This document shows, in pieces, positions 10,795 to 19,978 of a DNA stretch of 64,000 bases. Numbering within the stretch: position 1 is the stretch's first letter; each line of letters opens with the position of its first letter. A program made the position numbers and the translations under genes. The notes under the pieces are model-generated. The model worked only from the letters and a program-made list of their open reading frames with translations, was not told where the DNA came from and did no database searches. This DNA is from an uncultured virus (IMG/VR IMGVR_UViG_3300028844_003150) (Duplodnaviria > Heunggongvirae > Uroviricota > Caudoviricetes): positions 1 to 64,000 of IMG/VR virus record IMGVR_UViG_3300028844_003150. The stretch is one strand, 5' to 3'.

Positions 10795-11223
10795 TTAGCC
10801 GTCGTTCTCGTTCGAACGTCCTGCGATGTAGTACTCGATCTCAACACGCGCTTCACCAACGGTGCTATCAGCAACGTCGTTCTTCACAGTGACGATACAC
10901 GGCACAGGGATCTCGTCTTCAGTGATCGCGGTAGAGAAGCGACCAACTGCAGTTGAGGCCTGAGCCGAATCGAGCACGACAGCAGAAGCGAGATCTGTAC
11001 CGTCAAGGTTCAGAGCTTCAACTGTCAGAGTTGGCAGAGTGCCGTCGAACAGGGTAGTCACATGAAGATGACAATCAGTGATTACCGCATTACCCGGCAG
11101 CTCCAGAACAGCAACATCGTCAGACGCTGCACCAAGGTCGGCCTGCGAGACAGAACCCGAAGCGACCAACTTGTACTGAGCACCATTTGCACGTTTGCCC
11201 AGTGGGTTTTTAACTAAAGCCAT
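10795..11223 (-). CDS. Capsid decoration/cement protein
   Basis: 142 aa immediately after the MCP; VLELPGNAVI...G.ARV.IEYYI.GRSNE pattern. Confidence 0.7.
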   Translation of the reverse strand: MALVKNPLGKRANGAQYKLVASGSVSQADLGAASDDVAVLELPGNAVITDCHLHVTTLFDGTLPTLTVEALNLDGTDLASAVVLDSAQASTAVGRFSTAITEDEIPVPCIVTVKNDVADSTVGEARVEIEYYIAGRSNENDG

Positions 11224-11241
11224 TAGTGATAAGCCCTCCGG

Positions 11242-12378
11242 TTAAATTGCAGAATCGACGGTGATAACGCCAAAATCTTCGATGACACCGGTACCCAGAC
11301 CACTGGAGGCTTTACCCTCGAACTGCGGCTTCAGGTAGCCCGCAATCTTGCCAGTGGAAATGGCATTGATGTTCTCGAAGTCGCGATCTTCCTCGACCCA
11401 AGTTGGCAGACCAATATCTGCATAACCAAGCGCCTGAGCACCGCAGAACAGCATACGCTGCCCATTGATATCAGCACTCGGACCCCATTTGCCAACACCA
11501 GAAACAGCACCAGTGGTGTTGAACACATGACGATATTCAGAGATAGCGATGCCATCAACCAAGATGGTGTCAGTACCCTTGAACAGTTCGTTGCCCTTAC
11601 CGCGCACACCGGCATCCCGAACGATCTGGATGAAGTCGGAGTCCTTACGCAACTGAGCCATACCCAGCGGAGTAACGAAAGCGTGGTAGAAAGCTACACC
11701 GTTGTCCATGCGAATTTCACGCAGGTAGGTGTTCTTGGCGTGAGCCTTCAGGTCAACGAAGGTCTGCCACTTCAGCGTGCTGGTAGCAGTGAAGTTGGCA
11801 TCCGTGTTAGCCAGAGTGGTCAGCGCACCAGTACCACCGGTTTCCAGCGAGAAATAACGATTCGCTGTAGGAGCCTTCACATCAGCAGCGAACTCCAACA
11901 GCGGGAGATCGGAACCAACACGGGGGGCACCATTGGTGTGAAGACCGTAGTCAACACCCGACAGAGACAGGAAAGCCAACTGATCGTGGCGATCAGACAT
12001 CCAGTAAGCCAGCTTGTTACGGCTCTGCTCACGGAATTTGATGATTGAACGCTGGTCAGACATGCGACCCTTGTTGCGGTTGGCATGACGGAGTTGGTCA
12101 ACCTGAATAACCTGCTCTTCAGAAGTCAGTGCTTCTTCGTAACCGGCCAGCTGACGGTCTCCGGCACGACCATCACCTTCAAGGTCGTTTACCAGCGTAA
12201 TGACGGCGCGAGCGCCTTTCTCATCCTTCTTCAGCTCATCAACACGCTGAATCAGAGAGTCCTCGGAAGTGCCCACGAACTTGTTCAGGAACGACATATT
12301 GCGTGCCTTGTTCCAGAAGTCCATTGACCAGACCTTCTTCTCGTGGTCGGTCAGGGCGGCAAAATTTGTTGCAGACAT
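11242..12378 (-). CDS. Major capsid protein (N4-gp56/DUF4043 type)
   Basis: TNFAALT...KKVWS, DLEGDG..GD..L.G.EEAL, DQLRHA, GAQALG.ADIG and DFGVI motifs. Start placed at the ATG at 12378 after GAGAGG. Confidence 0.9.
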   Translation of the reverse strand: MSATNFAALTDHEKKVWSMDFWNKARNMSFLNKFVGTSEDSLIQRVDELKKDEKGARAVITLVNDLEGDGRAGDRQLAGYEEALTSEEQVIQVDQLRHANRNKGRMSDQRSIIKFREQSRNKLAYWMSDRHDQLAFLSLSGVDYGLHTNGAPRVGSDLPLLEFAADVKAPTANRYFSLETGGTGALTTLANTDANFTATSTLKWQTFVDLKAHAKNTYLREIRMDNGVAFYHAFVTPLGMAQLRKDSDFIQIVRDAGVRGKGNELFKGTDTILVDGIAISEYRHVFNTTGAVSGVGKWGPSADINGQRMLFCGAQALGYADIGLPTWVEEDRDFENINAISTGKIAGYLKPQFEGKASSGLGTGVIEDFGVITVDSAI

Positions 12379-12526
12379 AGTAAATAGCCCTCTCAAAAGT
12401 TATCGCACAAAATCATCCTAAGCGGATGGCTCATTGGTTTGCCTTCGTATCGTGGAGGCCCCGAGTGCGACTCTGGTCAGGCAGTTACGATATGCCCCGC
12501 TGTATCGTAGCGGATTCGATTTGGTG

Positions 12527-12555
12527 AACATAAACGTATTCTTCAGAAATATCAA
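12527..12555 (-). promoter_or_regulatory. Putative sigma70-type promoter for the MCP leader
   Basis: Minus strand TTGATA-N17-TATGTT, overlapping the scaffold stop codon. Confidence 0.5.
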
Positions 12556-13559
12556 GAAACTGAATCACCCCGCATACGTTTAAGAGTTGCTTCCGGCAGT
12601 GCTGCGACGTCTTCATAAGACAGCTTGTCCACGTTGATCTCATCTTGGAGACCATGCTTGTCGGCGTCGTCGCCTAACTTGCTCGTGTCCGGTGGCTGCT
12701 TATCTGCCGCTTCGGTTGCCTTCTTCAGCCCTGCTTTCGTTCTCTCAGCTTCAACGTCGGCTTTTTTGCCAGCATCTTTAGCTGCGTCGTTTACATCAGT
12801 CATGTCCTTCTTCGGCAGGACAAAGTCCATGGCCCGGAGAAGAGCTTGTGTAGGTGTATATTTACCAGTAGCGTAAAAACCAGACCGTAACTCCTGTACT
12901 TTGTCCACAGTTTCCTGCGAATAGTCATCAGAATCAGGGTTAAACTGGTCGTACGTGGTTTCGATGTGGTCGATTGTCAGGTCAAGGCGCACCTGTTCGC
13001 GGGTCTGGTCAGTGGTAACAGCAGCAGTCTCATCGAGATCCAACTGCCATAATTCACGTTCCTTCGCACGCTGCTCGCCGCGCAAACGGTTCGCTTCGTC
13101 GATATTGTCTTCCGCAATCGCCTTGTTAATCTCAGCGTCCATAGAAGCCAGTTCGGTTTCCAGCGTAGTGCGGGCGTCTTCATTTTGCTGCGCTGCGGCA
13201 GAATCCTGCTCCTGTTTCTCATACCGAGCCAGCTTTTCTTGTAGTGCTCTGTTCTGAGCAGTCTTGGCATCAAGCCGAGACTTTGGAATCATTGGGGTGG
13301 ATTTGTCGTCCTTGTCTTCCCCGGATTTCGCGGAGGTGTCTCCCTCCCCTGCATCAGCTGTGTCTCCTTCTCCGTCGAGTTTCTCTTTGTCGGTTCCAGC
13401 GGCATCTGCCCCCTTGGCGTCTGCAGCAGCATCATCAGATGCTCCAGCTGCACTAGTATCCGTGCTATCAGTTTGTCCAGTGTCGTCATCCGGGTTATCT
13501 CCTCGGGCTGCTGCAACTGCAGCAGGGTCATCCCAATCTATCTCATCCTGTTTGCTCAT
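12552..13559 (-). CDS. Capsid scaffolding protein
   Basis: Acidic low-complexity N-terminus, MIPKSRLD motif, coiled coil, C-terminal LPEATLKRMRGD; lies between portal and MCP. Confidence 0.8.
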   Translation of the reverse strand: MSKQDEIDWDDPAAVAAARGDNPDDDTGQTDSTDTSAAGASDDAAADAKGADAAGTDKEKLDGEGDTADAGEGDTSAKSGEDKDDKSTPMIPKSRLDAKTAQNRALQEKLARYEKQEQDSAAAQQNEDARTTLETELASMDAEINKAIAEDNIDEANRLRGEQRAKERELWQLDLDETAAVTTDQTREQVRLDLTIDHIETTYDQFNPDSDDYSQETVDKVQELRSGFYATGKYTPTQALLRAMDFVLPKKDMTDVNDAAKDAGKKADVEAERTKAGLKKATEAADKQPPDTSKLGDDADKHGLQDEINVDKLSYEDVAALPEATLKRMRGDSVS

Positions 13560-15711
13560 TAGTCTTGTCCTCTGTCTTGTTATCGACCAGCTTCAGTTTA
13601 GCATTACGCTCTTCTGCTACGGCTTTGTTACGAATCTCCAACTCTTTCAAACGCAGCTCGTCGTGCTTGATAGCGATCTCATCACGCTTGATCTCCAGTT
13701 CTCGGTCGATCTTATACTTATCCAACTGTATCTTCGCAACCGCTTCTTCCCGATCAGCCTCTGCTTCAGCCAATCGAATCTCGTCGTCATTAGCCTTACC
13801 AGCCTGCCCATCCGGGTCTGCCAGCGCAGTCTGCTGAGCACGTACGAGGTTGAGTGCAGCCTCAGACTCGATCTTCTTCTGCTCAGCCATGGCTTTCCTG
13901 TTCTCAAGCTGCTTGGCCTGCAGTTCCAGTTCTGCCAGTTGTTTCTGCAATGCGGCTTCCTCCTCGGAAGGTCCACCGGCCATCTTCGCAGCCAACTCAC
14001 CCTTGCGTGCCAGATGCGAATTCTCAACCAGTACCTCGTCAGGAATAGCAATGCCAAGTTCACGCAGCTGCACAGCTTGCTCGAACTGGGTCTCCTCGAA
14101 GGTCTCGCGTGCAGGTACGCTGGTGACAACCAGACTGTACTCACCCAGCGTCAGGTCACGAGCGATCTCCCCTTCCGGTGAGACCTCGTTAATCATCATT
14201 GTCTCGTCCTGCTCACCGGGTGCATTACCTGTGATATGGATAAGTCGTGGTTCCGTTTTTCCCGTTCTTCCGTCGTGGACGGACGATTGGTCTGGTTGAG
14301 AACCTGCTCGACCCGCAGGAGCTGTACAACAAGGTGCGCTCACAGGAATTACATATTGTGAATACCACCGCAAACAGCGGCTGGAAGGTATGGAGTCAGA
14401 TGCCATGCTGATCTCTTTCAGGTCTTCTGCAGAGTTGTAGGAAATCCTGTCCATGCCGGTAGGTACGGTGTTCGGGGTGATCTTGTCCAAGCCGTCCATG
14501 TCGTTCAGCTCAGCGATCAACCCGGTTTCTGCGCCACGCTCTTCCAGATCCTCGATGCTCATGTTCTGCAGGGCACCGGTCTTCACCTTCCAGCCGCTGT
14601 TTGCGGTGGTATTCACAATATGTAATTCCTGTGAGCGCACCTTGTTGTACAGCTCCTGCGGGTCGAGCAGGTTCTCAACCAGACCAATCGTCCGTCCACG
14701 ACGGAAGAACGGGAAAAACGGAACCACGCCAATCGTCCGTCCACGACGGAAGAACGGGAAAAACGGAACCACGGTGAAATGTTTATACGGGGACTCCTCG
14801 TTGTGCACCATCACGTCATCGATAGTCACAGTCCACTTGATGCACTCGGTCTTGCGCTTGATGATGCTGACTTCGAACTCTTGCAGGATCAATTGGATCT
14901 TCTCTCGTGGCATCCCGTCCGGAATAACCCGAGTCTCGCCAGAGATCATGTCAACGAAGTGCTCCTTCATCTGGATCTGCTTATGTTGCCGTTCCAGCTG
15001 ACGCCAGCGCCGGTTGTACTTCGAATTGTCTTCCGGGAAGCGGTGCCCCTCACCCGCGAAGGTATCCGGGCGGGTATCCATGAAGTCATACCCGATGTAC
15101 CGGTCAGAACTGGTTTTCGCCCCCAGTTCCTGCGAAGCCCGTTTGCCGTACAGCATCTCGATGTCGTTCAAACTGAGCCATTTACTCAGAAACACGTCCT
15201 TCCAGCCGTCCGGGTCGTACTCTTCCGCGTCCGGGTCGATGACCACATTGCGCGGATTGCACAAACTGACGTCCACTTCACCAAAAATGTTGGTATCGAA
15301 GTTCATCCGGGCGTCGAAAAAGCCGCGAGAGGTGATTACGCCGTCCGCGAATACCTCTGACTCGATGTAATGGGTGTTATTGGCATTCCCGATCTGGATG
15401 AAAACCTTCTGAAGTGCGTCCGCAGTCTCTTGAACGCCGTTTTTGGTCGCTTTGAAGCTGATGTCGGCCTGATTATTCAGCTGCTCACCGAAAATTGCCG
15501 CCGCAGAGGGAAGAACTTTGTTGAATGTCAGCGCAGGACGCCGCTGGCGGGCCAATTTCGCCTTCGCATCCGGGTCCCACTGCTCACCAGCGAAGAAATT
15601 TTCGCATACTCGCGCCTTGGCTGAGTATAACGTGTGTCCGTTGTCCCTACTATAGACATACCGGTCCAGTTGTTCCTGCACGGTTGCGTAATCACTTGTC
15701 GATATGCCCAT
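13543..15711 (-). CDS. Portal protein (P22/933W-like; sequence disturbed by internal duplications)
   Basis: FF.GEQW...RPALTFNK, VVIDPDA..YD, VPFFP, L.DPQ..YNK motifs and a C-terminal helical barrel. Confidence 0.9.
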   Translation of the reverse strand: MGISTSDYATVQEQLDRYVYSRDNGHTLYSAKARVCENFFAGEQWDPDAKAKLARQRRPALTFNKVLPSAAAIFGEQLNNQADISFKATKNGVQETADALQKVFIQIGNANNTHYIESEVFADGVITSRGFFDARMNFDTNIFGEVDVSLCNPRNVVIDPDAEEYDPDGWKDVFLSKWLSLNDIEMLYGKRASQELGAKTSSDRYIGYDFMDTRPDTFAGEGHRFPEDNSKYNRRWRQLERQHKQIQMKEHFVDMISGETRVIPDGMPREKIQLILQEFEVSIIKRKTECIKWTVTIDDVMVHNEESPYKHFTVVPFFPFFRRGRTIGVVPFFPFFRRGRTIGLVENLLDPQELYNKVRSQELHIVNTTANSGWKVKTGALQNMSIEDLEERGAETGLIAELNDMDGLDKITPNTVPTGMDRISYNSAEDLKEISMASDSIPSSRCLRWYSQYVIPVSAPCCTAPAGRAGSQPDQSSVHDGRTGKTEPRLIHITGNAPGEQDETMMINEVSPEGEIARDLTLGEYSLVVTSVPARETFEETQFEQAVQLRELGIAIPDEVLVENSHLARKGELAAKMAGGPSEEEAALQKQLAELELQAKQLENRKAMAEQKKIESEAALNLVRAQQTALADPDGQAGKANDDEIRLAEAEADREEAVAKIQLDKYKIDRELEIKRDEIAIKHDELRLKELEIRNKAVAEERNAKLKLVDNKTEDKTNEQTG
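14246..14728. repeat. 144-bp perfect inverted repeat inside the portal gene (14246-14389 vs 14585-14728)
   Basis: Direct base-by-base comparison. Confidence 0.95.
14684..14773. repeat. 45-bp perfect tandem duplication in the portal gene (VVPFFPFFRRGRTIG x2)
   Basis: CCAATCGTCCGTCCACGACGGAAGAACGGGAAAAACGGAACCACG at 14684-14728 and 14729-14773. Confidence 0.95.
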
Positions 15712-15724
15712 TTTTTACTGACCC

Positions 15725-17746
15725 TCAAGCTGCTTGGTGGTTAGAAACAGAATTTCGCATGTTCAAACGGTCTTTCCACGATTTCAGTTTCTTTTTCGGT
15801 TGTTGTCTGCGGGGTGGAGCCTGTTGCGCCACCATCCTTACCAACCAAGCGAGTGCATCCACTTGGTCATCGAACGCCCCTCCGGGGAACCGGAGTAACT
15901 CCATCGTAAACGGCTCTACCCATGGCTGGTTTCTCGGCAGTAATATCCTTCCCTGCTGCATCCAACCCTGTGCCGGTCTTGCCCGTGCGTCCTTGTCCGT
16001 AACGGGTTTGAGGGAGTCGTCGAAAACGGGATACCATCTCTTCTCCTCCAGTAATTTATCGATAGCAGGCTTAGCTGCCATCTGAATCACGCCCTGCTCC
16101 AGCCCGATCAGCTGCAGCCTGTTCTTATACGGTTCACACGTTCCAACTACCAGTTCAGCCAGATCTGCAGTGCGAGCACGCACAACGTTAATAATATGCA
16201 GCCTATCGTCAAAGTCGTGTGCACCGACAACCCCCACAGTCCAGTCGTTAGTATGTTTTTGCCCAATCGCCAAGTCCCAAGCGATATAGACATTCATATT
16301 CGAATAATCAGGTACAACCTCTTCGTACCTAAACATCGTATCTTTAAAGTACACACCGGAATCTGGGACGGGGTTCTGCTGATACAGGGCTGACCAGATG
16401 CGTGGTTGCGAGGATTTACGCTTCCGCTTGAAGAATGCCTCGTTATACCGTTCCGGGTGCAGAGCCTCGTCCTTCTTCCTCACCGGCTTCGATCCGGGCA
16501 CCCTTTCATACAGTAACTGACCGTCATCCGTTGCAAACTCATCGTGCTCAGCCAGCGCTGGTAATGACAGCACATCCCAGCGGACTACGTCTTCGACGCT
16601 ACGATCCACCTCGTGCAACTGCTCAGTCAGCATGTCGATCTGCAGCGACTTCAGCCGGTCTTCCTTGGCCTTCTCCAGCATCGCGATTATCTCGTTGCGC
16701 TGTTCCTCGATCTCACGGAGCGCTTCCATCTCCTGAGTAAGAAGCCTTCCGCTCCAGTCGTCGTCGTTCCATCGCGTCTGGATACCCAGCACGCCGCCAC
16801 CGGGAGAGAGTCGTGTCTCTGCAGTAGAGTCCCACCAGTCCCACACGTTGTTACGCACAGTTTCGGAGTCTGCTTCCTGCATATCCTTGACCGGGTCATC
16901 GATGATGAGCACATGTGCGCCCTTACCCGTAATACCCAGACCCACACCAGCCGGTACGTATCCACCACCCTTGGTTGTGTACCAACCCTCGGTAGCCTGC
17001 GCCTTCGGATTCAACGTCACACCGGGGAACATACTCTTGTATGCCGGGTTTTCGAGCAGCTGCTTGATCTTGCGGCTGAAGCCCATCGGCAGAGACACGG
17101 CATAACTGGCCGCGATGATCTCGTGATCCGGGTGGTGTCCCAGATGCCACGCCGGGAAGTTCTTCGATGCGATCTCGCTCTTCCCCAGCCGTGGTGGCAT
17201 GAAAAAAAGTGACCGTGGGGCTAACTCCAAATACACCGCACGGGAAAAAAATTCCAGCTTCGCACAGATCAACTTGTGCACCCACCCCGGTTTGTAGTTC
17301 GGGTTGAAGCGCATGATGAAATTTATAAGCCGCCGCCGCGAAAGTTCACGTTTGGCAGTCTCTGCACGCGCCATATCCGGGATGCGTGCCTTCTTCGCAC
17401 CTTCAGACCGCTTCTTGGAGATAGCCTTGGCATGTGCCATGGCCGCTTTCTTCACTTCCTCGCGAAACGCCTTCTGGTAAGCGTGTTTATCAGCCGTACG
17501 ACGGAAATTCTCTACCGTAACCTTCTCGTGTTGGCACACAAGGCAGACAGTATGGTACTCAGCAGGCTTTGTACGAGGTAAAAATTCATTGAAACCCGCC
17601 CGAATGGACGAATAATCGCGGTTACACTGGATACACTTCTTCGTATGCGTCTTTACGTCGAGAGACTTTGGGTACCCGTTATAATCAAATTCAACTTGTT
17701 GATCCGCCCTTTGTTTGGGCTTCAGGTTATCTTTGGGGTCTCGCAT
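15725..17746 (-). CDS. terL: Terminase large subunit
   Basis: MPPRLGKS Walker A, LIIDDPVKD Walker B, QTRW, SALYQQNP, WDLA and RFP...DDQVDA nuclease motifs. Confidence 0.95.
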   Translation of the reverse strand: MRDPKDNLKPKQRADQQVEFDYNGYPKSLDVKTHTKKCIQCNRDYSSIRAGFNEFLPRTKPAEYHTVCLVCQHEKVTVENFRRTADKHAYQKAFREEVKKAAMAHAKAISKKRSEGAKKARIPDMARAETAKRELSRRRLINFIMRFNPNYKPGWVHKLICAKLEFFSRAVYLELAPRSLFFMPPRLGKSEIASKNFPAWHLGHHPDHEIIAASYAVSLPMGFSRKIKQLLENPAYKSMFPGVTLNPKAQATEGWYTTKGGGYVPAGVGLGITGKGAHVLIIDDPVKDMQEADSETVRNNVWDWWDSTAETRLSPGGGVLGIQTRWNDDDWSGRLLTQEMEALREIEEQRNEIIAMLEKAKEDRLKSLQIDMLTEQLHEVDRSVEDVVRWDVLSLPALAEHDEFATDDGQLLYERVPGSKPVRKKDEALHPERYNEAFFKRKRKSSQPRIWSALYQQNPVPDSGVYFKDTMFRYEEVVPDYSNMNVYIAWDLAIGQKHTNDWTVGVVGAHDFDDRLHIINVVRARTADLAELVVGTCEPYKNRLQLIGLEQGVIQMAAKPAIDKLLEEKRWYPVFDDSLKPVTDKDARARPAQGWMQQGRILLPRNQPWVEPFTMELLRFPGGAFDDQVDALAWLVRMVAQQAPPRRQQPKKKLKSWKDRLNMRNSVSNHQAA

Positions 17747-17753
17747 CTAGGCA

Positions 17754-18239
17754 TCAGGAATCCAGCAGCCTGAACTCCCCATCTATGACGTTGTCGTTTT
17801 CGTCAACCAGAGCAAGCAGATCGTCATCCGATAACTGTGCGAGATCGTGTTTAGCTTCCGCAGCTGTGTGGGACACTTCCAACTTCTTCACTTCAGGTGC
17901 GTAGAACCCAAGCATCTTCGCTATTTCACGCCAACCAGCGATCTGTGCTTGCGGATCTCCAGCGAGTTTTGCGTCATTAACCGCATCCTTAAACCCCTCG
18001 ATCACATCGTCCTGCGTGATCTTTGACCGTGCTGCAATCTCTGCGCGAATTCTTCGAAGTAACTGACGACATTCAGGTTTCTCCATAATCCGCTTTGCAC
18101 CACGGTAGGAATCCTTGAACTCAAAACCAGCTTCCGCAGCAGCATCGCGATAAGTCATCCCTTGAGCAACTGCATATACCATGCGCTCCTCTTGCGGAGT
18201 GACTCCGGTGGCAACTTTTAGGTCTGCGTTTTTAGCCAT
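17754..18239 (-). CDS. terS: Terminase small subunit
   Basis: N-terminal HTH (GMTYRDAAAEAG), helical core, IAKMLGFYAPE; immediately upstream of terL. Confidence 0.8.
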   Translation of the reverse strand: MAKNADLKVATGVTPQEERMVYAVAQGMTYRDAAAEAGFEFKDSYRGAKRIMEKPECRQLLRRIRAEIAARSKITQDDVIEGFKDAVNDAKLAGDPQAQIAGWREIAKMLGFYAPEVKKLEVSHTAAEAKHDLAQLSDDDLLALVDENDNVIDGEFRLLDS

Positions 18240-18247
18240 ATTGCGAG

Positions 18248-18276
18248 AAAATAGATGAACTTAGCGTAAAAAGCAA
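18248..18276 (-). promoter_or_regulatory. Putative sigma70-type promoter for terS (nearly leaderless transcript)
   Basis: Minus strand TTGCTT-N17-TATTTT, 8 nt before the terS ATG; no SD. Confidence 0.45.
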
Positions 18277-18336
18277 GCTGGCCGCTGCTAAGCACAGGCT
18301 AGCCGCTGCCAAGCACAGGGTATTTACAAACAGAAC

Positions 18337-18390
18337 GGCAGGGGTAATGGCAGGGGTAATGGCAGGGGTAATGGCAGGGGTAATGGCAGG
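18337..18390. repeat. Tandem repeat (GGCAGGGGTAAT) x4.5
   Basis: Four exact 12-bp units plus GGCAGG. Confidence 0.95.
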
Positions 18391-18645
18391 ATCTCTTTTG
18401 GGCTACTGCCGTGGAATTTTTTAAAAAAATTTTGAAAAAAATTAGCTGAGTTACCGGCTGGTGTACTGTGTGGGGCTTCCCCACAGACACCCCCCACTTC
18501 GGATTCGTATTCCCCAAAGACAAGCGGAGGGACCCAAGGGTCCACCCTATTTAATTGCGCTCGCAAGCTCACGCACGTGAGCCGTGTCGTTTGTAGCTGG
18601 TGATAGGGCTGTGTTCGCAGTCCCCAGACTACGGAGGTAGTTATT

Positions 18646-18996
18646 ATGTCCGAGAAATCCTTTGAGTTCGAAGCTCTGCATGGCTCCCTGTTCGCAGGCA
18701 CTGCTGACTGGGGCGGCAACTGGTCAGAGACCGGTGGCGCTGGTACCCATGCAGTCAAGCTCTCCGTAGAGGACGGCGTGCCATACGTCGCCTTCCGCAA
18801 GTACGGTGCTTCTAAGTGGACACAGCACGAGGTTGAGTTGAGCGACTCTACTCACCCTTCCCTGCGTGGCCACGTCACGTTCAAGGGCAACGTCCTGAAC
18901 ATCTGGCTTAATTACACCAAGGGGCACGAGGGTGATTCAGAGTATGCACGCTATGATCTGAAACCTCGCGCACCCCGCGTTGAGCCACTCATCTAA
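18646..18996 (+). CDS. Early hypothetical protein (first gene of the plus arm)
   Basis: GGAGG RBS, 116 aa, followed by a GC hairpin. Confidence 0.75.
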   Translation: MSEKSFEFEALHGSLFAGTADWGGNWSETGGAGTHAVKLSVEDGVPYVAFRKYGASKWTQHEVELSDSTHPSLRGHVTFKGNVLNIWLNYTKGHEGDSEYARYDLKPRAPRVEPLI

Positions 18997-19243
18997 CCAT
19001 CCGGGGGGCCTCGTGCCCCCCAACCTTGGGAGGCTTTCTATGCGTACCAACCCTGACTTCCTGTTTAACCTGTCCGTATTCCTCGGCATCACAGTTCTCG
19101 AACTGCTGCTGCTCATCGGCATCTACCATGTTCTCGCTTAGGAGGCACACCATGTCTGTACTCATCTTCGCCCTGTGCTGCATCGCCGGATACTTCATCG
19201 GCACTGCAGTCATTAACACCTTACGTTCATTAGGAGTATCGCT

Positions 19244-19447
19244 ATGATCGACTACTACGCACTGCTCGTCGGCTGCTCATCCGCAGTCGTTATCCTCATC
19301 ACTTACAAGTACATCAACCCGCTGCTGGAGGCACTCATGCACAAGCTCATTTACAAGATGCACCTGTCTTACCTGACATCCCGTCCCCTGACCCTGCGCC
19401 GCATCGGACGGATCTTCAAACTGCGCTTCAAACTCGCACGGATGTAA
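19244..19447 (+). CDS. Small membrane protein
   Basis: GGAG RBS, hydrophobic N-terminus, basic tail. Confidence 0.5.
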   Translation: MIDYYALLVGCSSAVVILITYKYINPLLEALMHKLIYKMHLSYLTSRPLTLRRIGRIFKLRFKLARM

Positions 19448-19762
19448 CTTCACCTTCGCCGCTTGGAACACGATAACCCCGTGTTCCAGGCGGCTCCTTT
19501 CTTCGTTCCACAATCAATGACCTCGTCACTTTGTTCCTCGGCTTATCTAATCGATTCACTTCGTTCATCCGTGCTGCCGTGCTGGAATCTTCGATTCCAG
19601 CGCAGCACATCGACTCGCTCCGCTCGTCGGCCAGAGCCGGGTCACAGTGGGGCCTGATCCTGAGTGGGCTACTGTATGGATATACAGTAACTAGTTTCCC
19701 TGAGCACGGATGCAACGAGGCCCGGACCGGGGCGTAGAGCCTTCTTTCTGGCGCTTTTTTCC

Positions 19763-19775
19763 TAAGCTCTTGATT
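19763..19775 (-). promoter_or_regulatory. IHF consensus site
   Basis: Reverse complement AATCAAGAGCTTA matches WATCAANNNNTTR. Confidence 0.55.
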
Positions 19776-19978
19776 TCCTTGGTGTGTTAAGAGGGGAGGG
19801 GGTGGTTCAAATTTTTGATCTTCCCCGAAAGTGTAGAGGTGTTGGTGTGGTGTGGGTGTTTAGGTGTGGTTCGTGCGAGTCCAAGGCAATCGTGTGTGCG
19901 ACTCGCAAGCTCGCGCAGGTGAGCGGTGTGTGGTGAAGGTTGGGTGTTGTGCCTGACCAAGATCGCTGGAGAAATGCC

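Noticed and set aside
13264..14181. 305-aa plus-strand ORF and other long antisense ORFs (e.g. 40385-41128, 53748-54446)
   Set aside because: Shadows of well-supported genes on the opposite strand; no RBS or motifs
14246..14728. Diversity-generating retroelement TR/VR pair or invertible segment
   Set aside because: Copies are identical (no adenine-specific mismatches), no reverse transcriptase or invertase in the window, and the locus is an essential portal gene
18337..18390. CRISPR array, or the PLPLPL/CHYP-repeat ORFs (18324-18800, 18299-18523)
   Set aside because: Contiguous 12-bp units with no spacers; the ORFs are by-products of the repeat and overlap a better plus-strand gene
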